51,771 nucleotides of DNA, taken from the NCBI GenBank assembly GCA_013239625.1, contig MU054220.1, positions 4,589,374-4,641,144 on the forward strand. The letters run 5' to 3'. Source of the DNA: Lama guanicoe (taxonomy: Eukaryota). Positions 51,172 to 51,771 of the stretch are shown in pieces. A program made the translations under genes and the position numbers. Every line of letters begins with the position of its first letter. Position 1 is the first letter of the stretch. The notes under the pieces were generated by a model that was not told the DNA's origin, made no database searches, and was given only the letters and a program-made list of their open reading frames with translations.

Positions 51172-51771
51172 GGGAGACTTCCGGGCAAGATGGCGGAGTA
51201 GAAGGACGCTTGTAAGCCACCCTCTCCCACAAATACACCAAGACCCACATCTACAGACCCACTCAGCCAACCAGAGCACCTGTGGAACTCCAACAGATCA
51301 TCGCCCTCTTCAAAAGATAAAGACGCCAAAAATCTGGTAGGAGAAAAGGAAAAAAGAAAGAACAAAAGGCAAAGCAGCGCGGGACAGGTCCCGCGGGGAG
51401 GGAGCGGCAAAGGAGGACTGGCGCTCGCTCGCTGGGTCTCCCCTCTCCAACTGAGAGGCCAGCGGGACGGAGGGGGAGCCTCCGAGGCTCGGATCTGTAC
51501 AGAGCAGCCCTTGTCTGACAGAACTAAGTTAAACGGGCACAGAGCGTCCCCCGACACCCAGCCTGAGACGCGGGCCGGCAGCGGCAGGCAGGGCTGGGCT
51601 GCACAAGCCGGGCGGAGGACGGGGGCGGCTGCACGGAGGCAGCCCCAGGGGACTGCAAGGGGCTGGGCGCCATGGCTGTGGGTGCACAGGGCAGAACAAC
51701 CTGGGCCCTCCATAAAACAGCAAGGTTGATGTGCTCTCGGGGGAAGGGTGCATACCCCCATCTCTGAAAAC
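51172..51771 (+). mobile_element. 5' end (5' UTR/internal promoter) of a young, probably full-length L1
   Basis: Abrupt shift to CpG-rich sequence after the A-rich site AATAAAAAGAAAGTGCTC. Starts GGGAGACTTCCGGGCAAGATGGCGGAG with a YY1 motif at 51186-51195; runs off the window edge. Confidence 0.85.

Larger units (their letters stand above)
1..51771 (-). other. HSD17B12: HSD17B12 gene body (partial: intron 3 to intron 9)
   Basis: Six colinear minus-strand exons splice into one frame: REKFKVETKTIAVDFESEDIYDKIKTSLAGLQIGVL/VNNVGMSYQYPEYFLEIPDLDN/TIKKLININVLSVCK/MTRLVLPGMVER/SKGVIINISSASGLYPFPLLTIYSATK/AFVDFFSQSLHEEYKSKGIIVQ. This matches the middle of mammalian HSD17B12 as I recall it. Confidence 0.97.

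Noticed and set aside
199..51250. The many 60-140 aa ORFs in the six-frame track as genes
   Set aside because: Apart from those overlapping exons 4 and 5 and the L1/CR1 remnants, they show no recognisable domains, often lie in repeats, and have lengths expected by chance.
1..51771. A novel multi-gene system, CRISPR array or operon
   Set aside because: This is intron-dominated mammalian DNA. I found no regularly spaced repeat-spacer arrays and no coding sequence other than HSD17B12 exons and retroelement fragments.

Overview
Mammalian genomic DNA, most likely a camelid (alpaca/camel lineage, inferred from its tRNA-derived SINE family and short L1 tails). The whole window lies inside HSD17B12 (very-long-chain 3-oxoacyl-CoA reductase / 17-beta-HSD12) on the minus strand. 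Six internal coding exons (4-9 by human numbering) were delimited by hand. All have AG/GT splice sites and join in frame, including the SDR NNVG motif and the catalytic YxxxK. Exons 1-3 and 10-11 lie outside the window. The introns are full of transposon remnants (L1, L2, L3/CR1, MIR, MLT1, MER21, hAT and Tc2 MITEs, lineage-specific SINEs). Repeat subfamily names come from my recall of consensus sequences, and boundaries of old repeats are approximate. I found no evidence of a new multi-gene biological system. The most notable signals are a U6 snRNA-L1 chimeric retrocopy, an apparent L1 3' transduction, the intact 5' end of a young L1 antisense to the gene, RFX X-boxes bracketing exon 9, and an unexplained diverged 60-bp repeat flanking exon 6.
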